Assembly: GCA_051599415.1 (NCBI GenBank)
Contig: AP039695.1
Span: 124,001 to 188,000 of the forward strand
DNA from: Savitreella phatthalungensis
Taxonomy: Eukaryota
Reading direction: 5' to 3'
Length of the DNA stretch: 64,000 bases
Positions 1 to 10,627 of the stretch are shown one piece after another. Below the pieces are notes generated by a model. That model saw only the letters and a list, made by a program, of their open reading frames with translations, searched no databases and was not told the DNA's origin. The translations under genes were made by a program, and so were the position numbers. Numbering within the stretch: position 1 is the stretch's first letter; every line of letters begins with the position of its first letter.

Positions 1-3000
1 GACGACGATGACGATGATGATGCACTTGCCGAGCGCGGACTCCAGGAAGACGATACTCAGGCCATGGACATGACCGAGACCCTGTCCCCGGCAGTCCGCC
101 GTGCCAATGCTTCCGCCACACCATCCCTCCCGCTCTCTGCGGCCTCGCTTCTCCCGCCAAAGTCGCCGATCCAGCGCATCATGGACGGTGAGTCTCCGCG
201 TCGCTCGCCACGTCGTTCTCCCCGACGTTCCGTTGGTGCTAGTCGTGCAGACGAGACTGCTGAGGAGATGTCGATGATCTCCATGTCCATGGTCGATGCC
301 ACCGTCTTACACGACTCGGGCGATATGGAGGCCGATGAATCCAGTATGGACATCACACAGGCACTAGGTCAGATCCAGCCGCCGATTGCAACTCCGCGCT
401 CTGCAGGTCGATCATCGCAGCAGGGCGGATCGCCGCTCAAACGCAACATTTTTGACGATTTTCCCAACCCACCAGCCCAGCAGGCCGAGGAAGAAGACGA
501 CATGACTCTAGATACCGGCATGGACCTCACTCGCGTCATCGGCGGAATCGTTCCGCCAAGTGGCAATCTCCTCGCTCTTCCGACCACTGAGGAGCAGGAT
601 GAAGATGATGCTGATGAGTCTTCTGCAGACGTACTCGCCACACAGGACATGACGGTCGATATGACGGTCAACATGGACGAGACGCGGGTTTTTTCTTCCA
701 CTCGTGAGGACCAAACCGGCTACACCATCGCCACAGAAGTCGACACGACTCAGCAACTATACGACTACTCGGCCACTGAAGTCGACGCTGGCAATGTCAC
801 GCAAGCGATGGACATGACCATGGTCTACGGTGCCGGTATCAAACCGAAGTCGCCAGCAGTCCCGCGCAAGACCGCACTCACACCCATCAAGAGCGTCGGC
901 TTTGACTGGGGCAACCTGCGTGGACAGCAGTCGCCAGCGGATGTCAGCATGGCAGATCTCACCTGCGACGATGTCACACAGAACATGGACATGACGCAGA
1001 TCGTCATGCCATCATCTCGGCCTGTCCAACTCAGCGCCGGCGTTCCTGAAGAGGAGGAAGCTGATGCGGACGAGTCCGCAGACATGGACATGACCATGGC
1101 CATGCCAGCCATCCTCGCTCGTGCGTCGCCCGCCAAGCAAAGCCCGGTTCGACGATTGAGCACAGGCGCAAAGCGATCGCCACTCAAGGACTCCGTCGTA
1201 ACCGCCGAAGGCACTGCGATCGCATCCGCATCCGCATCTGCAAGCGTAACACCGATCAAGCAGACCATCGCGACTATCGAGACTCCGACGACCAACAAAG
1301 CACTCAAGCTGGCTACGCCTCGTGCTCGCCAATCCCTTGCTGACAGTCCGATTCCACGCTTCGGCACACCAGCGGCGGCCTCGGCCGTCCGGTCAGTCGT
1401 CCGAGACAGCACCGAGTTTGGATCGCATCTGTTAACGAAACCGACTGAATCGCAGCTCCGCGTGAGCGTGCTCAAGGACAAGATCGCGCAGATGACACCC
1501 AAGAAGGCAGCAGACAATCTCTCGTCAGGCCCGTCCACGCCTCTCGCAGCCCAACCTGCAAGCGCGAGCGCAGCACGCATGTCTGCGCTTCGTAACGCCA
1601 TCGCTGCAGCATCTCCAGCACAAACACCCGTGCCAGTCAACGCTGCCATTGCTTCCCCATCGAGGACACCAGCTCGCACACCAATGCTGACGACAGCCAC
1701 TATCCTGTCTGCAAAGCAACACACCCCAGCTCCCCGACAGCCATCTCCATCACGGCTGCCTATCTCAGCAGCTCAGGCTGCAAGTGCGAAGAAGTCGCCA
1801 ACGAAAGCTCCATCCATCCAGCGCCCTGCTCACATTCAGCTCTCCGAGACAGAGTCGATCCCGATCAACGACGAAACGGCTACACCAACGCGACCAATCT
1901 CGCAAGCTGCACCACCGTCCAGCACACGTCCAGCGCTCACGCCACTACGTACTCCAGCTCGGGCGCCAACGACCATCACACGGACGCCGAGGACGGCGCC
2001 ACGCTCTGTCGCTCGCACACCAGGCACAGTGTCGCGTCTCTCGAATGCACAAGGTCTACTCCACCAAGCAATGGCCGCCGAACCGCTCGAACCCGTCACC
2101 TCACAAGACTTCTTGAAGATGACAGGAATCTCCTTCCTTACAGGTCTGTCGACCACGGCCCGCCGTCAGACCGTCATCGCTTCAACCACAGCACCGCCAT
2201 CCCGTCAGCGTCAGCTCGCCGCCAAGTTCAAGCCTCGCAGCCTGGCCGGGACAGATCCATCTACAAACAGGGAGGCCGAAGCGTCAGACGGCGAAGATGC
2301 AGCTACGGTCGAGGCTGCTGCGCTCGAAGCACAGCTCTGCCACACGCCGATGCTGGAGATGTATCAGCACGCGTGCCGGGAGCTGACCCGATACATCGAG
2401 GAAGGTCGAACGGTCTGCTCTGAGATCGAGGCGGACATGGACGACTGCAATCCTGAAATTTTTGAGCTGTACCGCCGATCGGGTCCTGCGGAACGCCGGG
2501 AGCTCGAGGCTCGCTTCAAGGCGGCCAAAAACCTATGCAGGCTCCAGGCCAAGGGCGTCTGGTACACGTGGCGACAGAACCTCATCTCCGGCGTCCTCCC
2601 ACCGCTCGAGAAGGCCCTTGCAGAAGCGCGTCACAAGCTCGACGCCCTCAACACTGCAGCTGCCGAAGCCGAGCCCGTGTTCGCCGAGACTGAGCGTGAG
2701 TATGAGTCCCTGAAAGCGGAAGTTGAAATCCTTCTGCGTGACCAGGAGGCATACGAGGCCATCGACCAGAACGAGCTAGCCCGAGCAGAGGCCGAATGCG
2801 CTGAAGCGGAAGCCACGGACGCGGCAGTACAGGCTGAGCTTGAACAGCTAGAGCGCGAGTCTGCGGAACTAGCTGCCGAAATTGCTGCATCGGAAGCATC
2901 GCTAGCGGCTGCACGGGCCACGGAAGCAGAGCGTGCGCGCGAGCACCAGCGCACGCGGACATACTCGCCCGACGAGGTGGCCGAGCTGAAACGCGCGTAC

Positions 3001-3654
3001 GAGGCACAAGTCGAGGCCACAGGTCTCCGGATCGTCCACGCGAACGACACAGAACTCGTCCTCGACTGCCGCTCACGTGTCCGCATCACCTTCCCATCCC
3101 TATCCAACCCAGCAACCATACACCTAGACCTCCTCCCTCCACCAGCACCCGCATCGCACGACGCCTGGACAACCTCCGACGCAATCGATGCCGAACAACA
3201 CCTCATCCTCACCCACACGCTCACCCACCTGCGCGTAGCGCTGGCCTCTCACTGCAGCAGTGTCCGGGAGGCCGTCAGATTCGTGCGTGGTCACATCGAC
3301 GGTGCGCTGTGTCTGGCAAGCGAGTGGCGTCAGCTTCGGTCTCTGTACCCTGGACGTGCAGTCGCCACGGACACGGTTTTGACGCTCTCGTGCACCGTCC
3401 TGCTCAGGGGGACGCGAGCTAAGATGGCTTTGGCGTTCACGCTAGGGCGACTGCCTGATGTCGGGGACGGGATGGTGGACGTGCCTGGAGCCTTGGGCTT
3501 GGAAGCCCAAGTCGTCTACGGCGCCATCGACAACGCAAAGATCAAAGCCGCTATCGACTCAAGGCTCAAATCGGTCCTCCCACATCACATCCACAGCCCT
3601 AACGGTCGAAAAGGCTGGCTTGCAGACGCACTCAAGATGCCCGAAGGGCTGTAA
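1..3654 (+). CDS. spc7: Kinetochore scaffold Spc105/Spc7/KNL1 (5'-partial)
   Basis: Frame is open from base 1. Many MELT-like repeats (MDMT, MDIT, MDLT, MDET), a long S/T/P-rich disordered region, then 'QDFLKMTGISFL', 'PMLEMYQHACREL' and 'AKGVWYTWRQNL' segments typical of the Spc7 C-terminal domain, followed by a coiled coil and an RWD-like end. Confidence 0.88.
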   Translation, partial: DDDDDDDALAERGLQEDDTQAMDMTETLSPAVRRANASATPSLPLSAASLLPPKSPIQRIMDGESPRRSPRRSPRRSVGASRADETAEEMSMISMSMVDATVLHDSGDMEADESSMDITQALGQIQPPIATPRSAGRSSQQGGSPLKRNIFDDFPNPPAQQAEEEDDMTLDTGMDLTRVIGGIVPPSGNLLALPTTEEQDEDDADESSADVLATQDMTVDMTVNMDETRVFSSTREDQTGYTIATEVDTTQQLYDYSATEVDAGNVTQAMDMTMVYGAGIKPKSPAVPRKTALTPIKSVGFDWGNLRGQQSPADVSMADLTCDDVTQNMDMTQIVMPSSRPVQLSAGVPEEEEADADESADMDMTMAMPAILARASPAKQSPVRRLSTGAKRSPLKDSVVTAEGTAIASASASASVTPIKQTIATIETPTTNKALKLATPRARQSLADSPIPRFGTPAAASAVRSVVRDSTEFGSHLLTKPTESQLRVSVLKDKIAQMTPKKAADNLSSGPSTPLAAQPASASAARMSALRNAIAAASPAQTPVPVNAAIASPSRTPARTPMLTTATILSAKQHTPAPRQPSPSRLPISAAQAASAKKSPTKAPSIQRPAHIQLSETESIPINDETATPTRPISQAAPPSSTRPALTPLRTPARAPTTITRTPRTAPRSVARTPGTVSRLSNAQGLLHQAMAAEPLEPVTSQDFLKMTGISFLTGLSTTARRQTVIASTTAPPSRQRQLAAKFKPRSLAGTDPSTNREAEASDGEDAATVEAAALEAQLCHTPMLEMYQHACRELTRYIEEGRTVCSEIEADMDDCNPEIFELYRRSGPAERRELEARFKAAKNLCRLQAKGVWYTWRQNLISGVLPPLEKALAEARHKLDALNTAAAEAEPVFAETEREYESLKAEVEILLRDQEAYEAIDQNELARAEAECAEAEATDAAVQAELEQLERESAELAAEIAASEASLAAARATEAERAREHQRTRTYSPDEVAELKRAYEAQVEATGLRIVHANDTELVLDCRSRVRITFPSLSNPATIHLDLLPPPAPASHDAWTTSDAIDAEQHLILTHTLTHLRVALASHCSSVREAVRFVRGHIDGALCLASEWRQLRSLYPGRAVATDTVLTLSCTVLLRGTRAKMALAFTLGRLPDVGDGMVDVPGALGLEAQVVYGAIDNAKIKAAIDSRLKSVLPHHIHSPNGRKGWLADALKMPEGL

Positions 3655-3760
3655 GAACAATTCCACCACACCCATACCCTGTCTACTTAGTTCTCTCCCA
3701 AAATTTTTGTTCCAAATTACTATCACTTATCTAGTACTGTTGCAGGTGTTTTTTTTGTCG

Positions 3761-6700
3761 CTAGATGATCTCGAGTAGACGCCAGTCGATGATGCCTGCG
3801 GTGTCTTGTGCGTTGATGGCTTTCCAGTAGAGTTGCTTCGCTCTGGGGATCTCGTTGCGGGTTTGGGCTATGTGGGCAGCGAGGTAGAGTGCAGTTGGAT
3901 TTGAGTTGGCTGCTGGCGTGGCGACTTGGGATTCGAGGAGTGCGTAAGCGCGGGCGTACCGCTCGTCCTGGGCTGATCTGCCCAAGCGCACGAGCAAGCC
4001 GGCGTACACACACACGCACTCACTCTCGTCGCCGACTCCAGCAATCGAGATACCACTCTCAAGCTCCATCAGCGCCTCCTTCACAAGCGACGACGTCACA
4101 CCGGCGTCCGTCGCGATCGGCGTGAACGGGTCGGATTCGGACACTGGTGAATGCGAGGTGGGGTCTGCCGGTGGTGGATTTAGACGATCGTAGAGTGCAA
4201 TGCGTGCGCGAGCAGAGGCGACGAGTGTCTTAGGGGTGTCTGAGCCGCCAGTGAGCGCTCGCGCTTGGGAGATCGCCTCTTGGACTTCCTTGTACTGGTG
4301 ATGTGGAGAGGAGGCTGGTTCATCGGTTCCGCTGAGGATGTCGTTGGCCGTCGACATGTGCGTCGGTCGTAGCTCGAGAACTTGTCGAGCTAGCGAGGCA
4401 ATCGCTAGCCATAAGTCCGCAGCCATAGCACGCTTTCGCCCAGCATCGATACTCTCTGGTGAGACACGCTCGTCGTGTCGAGGCTCGAAGGTGCGCAATA
4501 CGGAGAGTCGCTTGATGGCAGCTTTTGTCGCCGGATCCGTCGCGTCCTCAGCTAGAGTAATGCCTGAGATGTCCGGAAGAACAGTAGTGGATGACCTAAC
4601 GCCGTTGGTGAAGCTAGCGCCGCCATTCAGGAGTGTCGACGTGCCAGAGACGGCGCGCGAGTCTTGACGGCCGTTGTTTGCTATCCGCGATCTGAATTCC
4701 CGCATGGACGCAGACTTCCGGAGACTGTTGTACGCTTGAATGGAGCGTGCGATGCTGAGATCCTTCCGCCGATCGAGCGGAAAGCCGTGGAAGTGGGGTG
4801 AGGAGGTGCGTGAGCTGCTGCTGCTAGTACTGACGACGCGCGTGGAAGCTCCAGCAGTTGTGGAGGCGGCGTTGCCCATTGCGGGATGCTCAGACGTGGG
4901 CCGTAGTTGCAGGTCTTGCGGCCGGGTGCCTGTCGAGGATCGACGTCGCTCGTGACGACTCGTTGCATTGCTTAGCCGCCGGCTGCTGGCGCGGTCGCTG
5001 CTCTCGACAATCTTGCTGCCAGGAATAGCCTCAATTGTGTCTCGCGACGCCACTGGCGGGGCCGAGGAGACAACAATGACAGGCGGCTCGACGGATGCAG
5101 CATGATCCGCCGCCTGGATTGGTTCCGTCGTACCGTTCACTTGCTCGACTGCCTTCTCGGAGGTTCCATTCATTACCACGGGAGCTGGCTTCACGCTCTG
5201 CGTCTCTGCTGTCGCCTTCTCGTCGTTGAGACTGATGATCGGCGGTTCGAGGTGGGTCGGAGCGATCGCTCCATTGACCTGCGGTGTAATGCCGTGGACT
5301 GCCGGTGAGTCGACGCCAGGAAGGCTGATGGGTCCGACGACGGCGACGAACCGGTCGACGACGCTGCGAGCGCAGTCGAGAGCGTGCTGCGGACCGTGCT
5401 CAAGAGCGAGGACATCTAGCTCGGCGAGGAGCGCTTGATGTACAAGACGCTGTTCCTCGAACTTATTCGTTGTCCCTGCGAGTGCGCCGACTTGTCGTAG
5501 TGCCACGAGCGCTCGCTCGTATTCTTCACCACAGGCGAACATGTTCGCCAACGACAGGTAAGCTTTCAAGCTCGATGGGTCTGCTTCTAGCGATTTACGA
5601 AGCTCCATCACCGCTTCTGTACGCTGGTTCTGCTGAGCGAGGAGGAATGCGCGACGGTATGCAACCTCTGCAGCCAGGGTATCATGGGTATCGCAGGATT
5701 CCAATACGTCCTGCGCATGCTTTAGCCCGGTCACCCAATCTCCTCGCCGTGCACGGTACAACTCGAGCTTGCTTCTCAGGAGGCTAGCTTTCGTGGCGGT
5801 CCGGCGATCGAGCTCGCCAAGCTCCTTCGTCACCACGTCAAGCCAGCCTGCGATGTCTGCCACGAGAACAATGCGCTCGTTTTCGAAGCCCTCATATCGC
5901 AATACGATCCTGCGGAAATGATCTGCAAGGGCGTCGACGATGGTCTCTAGAGAATCTGTGTCTGGGTTGGTGTTGGCCTGAGTACGACGTGCGTGGAGCG
6001 CGACTTGGATGTATGCCTTGAGTGCGAGATCTGATGCGCGGTCACGCCTCAGGAGATCCTCCAGATTTGCCAGCATCCTGAGAAGGCGCGGTGAATGGTA
6101 CGAGCGATCGATGGCGGCGTGGACGAGGTCGACCATGTTCTCCGCCTCGAGAACACTAGAACCGCGTGCGACAAAGTCGTCGTAGGTCCGCTGCACGCCG
6201 AGCAACAATGGCATGCTGTCCTCGTCTGCGCTCGGGAAGCGCGCATTTGCGAGCAAAGTGCGTGTGTAGTGCGGGTCGGCTGGGCGCTGCGAGAGCACGT
6301 GTATCCGAGCTGCTGGGTAAGAGATGCCGGTATCCTGTGCAAAGTATGCAAACGCCGCGTCGTCATTCGATAGGATCGCGCGTCTGTAAGTCGCAAGCTC
6401 GTGCCACCACCGCGTGCTCCGTGAGGCGTCCACCCCACTGGGCAGAGCCACCGATCTGTAAGCAGTCAGCGCCCGCTCTACATCGCCTTGAAGCTCAGCA
6501 AGCACACCTGCGAGTGTAATTCCAGCAGCATCGCTCGATGCCTGTGGGGACGTCGTGATGAGCTGTGCAGCACCTGCGGCGTCGCGCTTGGTGACAAGGA
6601 AGAGCAGCCTGACGAAGACGGCATGCGGTGTCTTTGGAGGCGTCGACCCTGCTTCCAGAAGCTTTGTAATCTCGCTGACATCAGCCTCGCTCAAGGTTGG

Positions 6701-6961
6701 CCACACAAACAGGTATCCTGCGTGCGAACTGGCGTTGGCCACGGTGTCCGCAGGGGTCGCTTGCCGCACGCAGTATCCCTGCTTGACGACGCGTGATAGG
6801 ATGCTTGCTTCTGCCTGGGCATCGTCCGCGTAGCTGCCAAGATCATTGGCTGATGCATGCTTACGCAGCTTCCGACAGAGCTCCGGCACTGCAGCAAAGT
6901 CGTGTGCCGCGAGCGCAGTTTCCAGCTGCAAGCGGTATTTTTCCGCCTTATGGGAGGGCAT
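3761..6961 (-). CDS. TPR-repeat protein, probably Ypp1/TTC7-like (PI4-kinase Stt4 scaffold)
   Basis: 1066 aa. TPR-like helices (AYRRAFLLAQQNQRTEAVMELRKSLEADPSSLKAYLSLANMF; ALYLAAHIAQ..RAKQLYWKAI). The N-terminal 'VPELCRKLRKH' and the C-terminal TPR ending in 'DW' resemble fungal Ypp1. Confidence 0.55.
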   Translation of the reverse strand: MPSHKAEKYRLQLETALAAHDFAAVPELCRKLRKHASANDLGSYADDAQAEASILSRVVKQGYCVRQATPADTVANASSHAGYLFVWPTLSEADVSEITKLLEAGSTPPKTPHAVFVRLLFLVTKRDAAGAAQLITTSPQASSDAAGITLAGVLAELQGDVERALTAYRSVALPSGVDASRSTRWWHELATYRRAILSNDDAAFAYFAQDTGISYPAARIHVLSQRPADPHYTRTLLANARFPSADEDSMPLLLGVQRTYDDFVARGSSVLEAENMVDLVHAAIDRSYHSPRLLRMLANLEDLLRRDRASDLALKAYIQVALHARRTQANTNPDTDSLETIVDALADHFRRIVLRYEGFENERIVLVADIAGWLDVVTKELGELDRRTATKASLLRSKLELYRARRGDWVTGLKHAQDVLESCDTHDTLAAEVAYRRAFLLAQQNQRTEAVMELRKSLEADPSSLKAYLSLANMFACGEEYERALVALRQVGALAGTTNKFEEQRLVHQALLAELDVLALEHGPQHALDCARSVVDRFVAVVGPISLPGVDSPAVHGITPQVNGAIAPTHLEPPIISLNDEKATAETQSVKPAPVVMNGTSEKAVEQVNGTTEPIQAADHAASVEPPVIVVSSAPPVASRDTIEAIPGSKIVESSDRASSRRLSNATSRHERRRSSTGTRPQDLQLRPTSEHPAMGNAASTTAGASTRVVSTSSSSSRTSSPHFHGFPLDRRKDLSIARSIQAYNSLRKSASMREFRSRIANNGRQDSRAVSGTSTLLNGGASFTNGVRSSTTVLPDISGITLAEDATDPATKAAIKRLSVLRTFEPRHDERVSPESIDAGRKRAMAADLWLAIASLARQVLELRPTHMSTANDILSGTDEPASSPHHQYKEVQEAISQARALTGGSDTPKTLVASARARIALYDRLNPPPADPTSHSPVSESDPFTPIATDAGVTSSLVKEALMELESGISIAGVGDESECVCVYAGLLVRLGRSAQDERYARAYALLESQVATPAANSNPTALYLAAHIAQTRNEIPRAKQLYWKAINAQDTAGIIDWRLLEII

Positions 6962-7405
6962 TCTCGCTCAGAAGCTCTCTCAGTGACACATCACACTGGA
7001 AAAAGATTCTCAAGCTGCGATCCTTGACGGGAGAGGTGTTTTGCCGATGGCTGACTGACGTAGAACCGTGTATTGTTGTTGACAGATAGCGCTATAGCTG
7101 CATATGTGTAGACTTGGATATCCTTCTTCATAGCGCGTCACCGTAATCCGTCAATATTGAATCACGTGAGTCTGAGGTTAATATTCACACCTCATCAGCT
7201 TGGCATCTCGAGTGTAGTTGGCAACAGGCAAAGTACAGGTCGATAGTAGACAACTACATGTGCTTGAGTCTAGCTTACTTAACCTAAGTTGTATTCTACA
7301 TGGGTTTGACGTCACGCAACAACTCCTGCTTCTCATCCATACAGATACAGTCAGAGGAAGGGAGACTCAGCGTGCCGATGATTCGAAGAAGTATGAGCCT
7401 GATCT

Positions 7406-8716
7406 TCAGGAGAGAATACCACCTCTGACCTTTGGCCGCTCGTCCTTGAGCATGTCTTCGTCCTCGTCTTTGAGCCTGTCTGTCTCTTCGTCTCCGATGA
7501 GATCTGGGGTCCAGTCAAGGACGACGTTCGGGGCGTGATCGATGTACCGGAGTTCTTCCTTGATGGCTGCCGTGACGTCGTGCAGGTACTTCTTTGAGTT
7601 CAGGTCGTCGAATCTCGGCCGAAGCGTTGGGTAGAGGGAGTAATCTGGTCCGAAGAACGGGTGATATGGTGTTTCAGGCAGAGTCGATGGGAGTGTCGTG
7701 TCACACAGGACTGCAGTCTCGGCGGTCCAGCACCGAGCGACGTTCCTTAGCGTATAGCCGCCACCGCCAAGCACCATCATTGGGATCCCTTTCTTCTTCA
7801 CGTGGGCGACACATGCAGCGTGACCTTGAATCGACAGGGAGAAGCGTCCTAGACGGTCACAGCCGAGGCTATCAGCGCCGCACTGGAGGACGATGGCGGA
7901 TGGACGGTAGGATTGGCAAACCGCATCAACGGTCTGTTTGAAGATCTCGTGATATGCAACATCGGTAATGCCATCTTGCAAAGGGAAATTCAATGAATAG
8001 TGTCTGCCCTTGCCGACGCCAGTCTCACCCAGGGCACCTGTGCCCGGGAAAAAGTACTCGTCACGTGACGCTGGACAGTACTTGTGGAAGGAAAGTGTCA
8101 TGACGCGGTCTGTGTGGTAGAAAGCATTCTGGACGCCGTCGCCATGGTGTATATCGATGTCAATGTACAGTACGCGTGGAAAAAGTCGTAAAAGGTAGAG
8201 GATGGCCATATTGATATCGTTGACGTAGCAGAAGCCGGAAGCCTCATTTTTCTGTGCATGATGCAGGCCACCGGACCAGTTGATGGCGATGTCGGAAGCG
8301 CCACTGAGCAGGGTCTTGGCTGCAGAGAGCGAGCTCCCTGCATAGCTCGTACAGAAGTCCCAGATGCCCGCAAACGTCGGACAATCACCGTTGTTGCCGT
8401 TATCTGAAGCGATATTGTGCACTCGCCTTTCTTCCTGGTCTATTGTAGGCGCAGCTTCTGGTGTGATGCGTTGGAGAAAGTCTACATATTCAGGGGTGTG
8501 GAATATCTGTAGCTCCTCGGGTGTGGCCTTTCTCGGCGAGTACACGTCCATCTTTTCATGCAAGCCATAGGAGAGGACGAGATGATTGGTGAGAGCCAAT
8601 CTATGTGGCTTCATGGGGTGAATCTGACCGAAATGGTAGTTTCCGACATTCGGTCGGTGATGATAAGAGACCCTCTTTCGAGGTTGCTCGTCTGCATAGT
8701 CTTGGATGCCTTCCAT
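7406..8716 (-). CDS. hos2: Class I histone deacetylase, Hos2/Phd1 type
   Basis: HPMKPHRLALT, INWSGGLHHA, SGFCYVND, YIDIDIHHGDGV, FFPGTG, QCGADSL and LGGGGYT motifs. Confidence 0.9.
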   Translation of the reverse strand: MEGIQDYADEQPRKRVSYHHRPNVGNYHFGQIHPMKPHRLALTNHLVLSYGLHEKMDVYSPRKATPEELQIFHTPEYVDFLQRITPEAAPTIDQEERRVHNIASDNGNNGDCPTFAGIWDFCTSYAGSSLSAAKTLLSGASDIAINWSGGLHHAQKNEASGFCYVNDINMAILYLLRLFPRVLYIDIDIHHGDGVQNAFYHTDRVMTLSFHKYCPASRDEYFFPGTGALGETGVGKGRHYSLNFPLQDGITDVAYHEIFKQTVDAVCQSYRPSAIVLQCGADSLGCDRLGRFSLSIQGHAACVAHVKKKGIPMMVLGGGGYTLRNVARCWTAETAVLCDTTLPSTLPETPYHPFFGPDYSLYPTLRPRFDDLNSKKYLHDVTAAIKEELRYIDHAPNVVLDWTPDLIGDEETDRLKDEDEDMLKDERPKVRGGILS

Positions 8717-9420
8717 GGCGAGGTCGATGTATCTATGCAGAATCTGTTCAGCATGTACAGGAAACGGCCTCGGGAGGAGGAATGCACAGTGCCAGAGGAC
8801 TTATCGTGATCTATCGAGCATGAATCTCGAGGCGCGCAAGTGAATTGATAGCGACTGGGCAAACTTCTTCGATCCGGGTTTTACACCCTGGAGAAGAGAG
8901 GTATCACTGTGACCTCTTGAAGGAACGCACGTGGAAGAAAGTGACTACGTGGTTTGAGCGTTCAGTGTGGGATTTATCTTTCAGCTTCTAGAACGGAGAG
9001 GTTTGATCAATGATGGATCACTCGTTGAGGAGGTCGAAGTGATGAGCGCGAGCTGGATGGAGATGTTGTTACAGATGACCTGGTCTGGGATGGTGACTGG
9101 GAGAGAAACCTTGAGCTTTGCATTGTGTATTTGTGCATCGATGGAGGATTTCAAGCATCGATGCACGATGGGTGGGGAACGAACATATGGTAGAATATTC
9201 GGGCTGACAGAAGATGCAGGACAGAAAGGACGGAGAAGTGTGATTGATGCAGTGCATCTGGAGTACTTTTGAACCTAATCGATATTGAGCTGGAGGAGAG
9301 CAGACTCAGACACTTGGACAGCGTGTATGGAGAGTACAAGCTTTGGTAGGTTATGGAGTCCAATGGTAGGTGGCTAGCATGCTGCCGTGAATTCAGATAG
9401 CTCGAAAGCTCTTCAAATTC

Positions 9421-9493
9421 CTGCACTGTACTGCATTGTATTGTACTATACTGTACTATTGTGCAATATACCGTACTGTACTGTAATGTACTG
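9421..9493. repeat. Degenerate (CTGTA)n pentanucleotide repeat
   Basis: ctgcactgtactgcattgtattgtactatactgtactat... read directly. Confidence 0.75.
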
Positions 9494-9685
9494 ACCTGAG
9501 CAGCTGCCAGACAGAAAGACATCCAGCTCAGCATGATGAGAGGAGATCCACGAAGACATGTGATAGAGCAGAGTGTGATTTAGTGATGATTGATATTGCT
9601 CCACAGATAAATTAGATTTCCATATCAACTTTAATTGAATGTGGAGTAAATTGAAAATCAAATTCAACCCGCCTAGCCTAAGCAT

Positions 9686-9790
9686 AAATTCAAATTCAAA
9701 TTCAAATTCAAATTCAAATTCAAATTCAAATTCAAATTCAAATTCAAATTCAAATTCAAATTCAAATTCAAATTCAAATTCAAATTCAAA
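9686..9790. repeat. Perfect (AAATTC)17 microsatellite
   Basis: 17 perfect copies at 9686-9787 plus a partial unit. Confidence 0.97.
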
Positions 9791-9942
9791 GTGTGCAGAG
9801 TGGAGCAATTTTAGACGTACGTAAATTAACCGTATTTACTCGATCCAGATATTCAATCGATCATCACGTACGGATTTCAAGCAATCCGCCATGCATTTGA
9901 TCAATCAATCAGTCAATCAATCAATCAATCCAGCCACACATA

Positions 9943-10036
9943 TACTGTATACTATACTCTACTGTACTGTACTGTACTGTACTCTACTGTACTGTACTGT
10001 ACTCTACTGTACTATACTGTACTCTACTGTACTGTA
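9943..10036. repeat. Degenerate (CTGTA/CTCTA/CTATA)n pentanucleotide repeat
   Basis: tactgtatactatactctactgtactgtactgtact... read directly; preceded by (TCAA)n at ~9900-9930. Confidence 0.85.
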
Positions 10037-10627
10037 CGTGTATCACCAATCATCATCCTCATCAGCTTCTTCTATACTATACTGTAGATCATACATTACT
10101 GATCTCCAGACTATCCATCCACCCATTCAGATTCACCCACAGGTCATCATCCTCTTCACAACACAGACAGTACAGACAAGAAGCAGCTTCTGTCATCATC
10201 ATCATCACCATCTATCGTTTCGCCTCCACCCACTCACAAGCTTCTAAACAAGCTCCCACCACATCAACCTCACCTTTCCTTCTCTTCAACTCAAGCAGCT
10301 CCAGACCAGATCACAGCTGTACCACTCACCACCTCTTTCCCTTCCATTGCTCAACCTTCCCTCCTATTCGACCACATCTGTGTCTCCATTGACCGCCCAC
10401 ATCCACTGCTCGCTCAGAGACATTCTGAAGTTCTCGATTCTTTCATTTCCAAAGTCATCCTCATCTCTCATTCCTCTCCATCAAAAGCGGTCAGAAAGCT
10501 TGGCATCGCACTATCCTGATCAGCACTGAAACATCCTAAACCACCACGCTTCATCATCATCTTCTCAATTCCTGCCTCCAGCCTGGCAAAGTGAATTGCT
10601 CAACCTCACACGCCTACACCTACACAT

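Noticed and set aside
825..3224. Long antisense ORFs opposite spc7 (and similar shadows opposite tcb, spa2, hmg1)
   Set aside because: Shadow frames from GC-rich codon usage with no recognisable domains.
9446..10247. ORFs with (FE)n, (NS)n or YCTVL repeats
   Set aside because: Translations of microsatellites.
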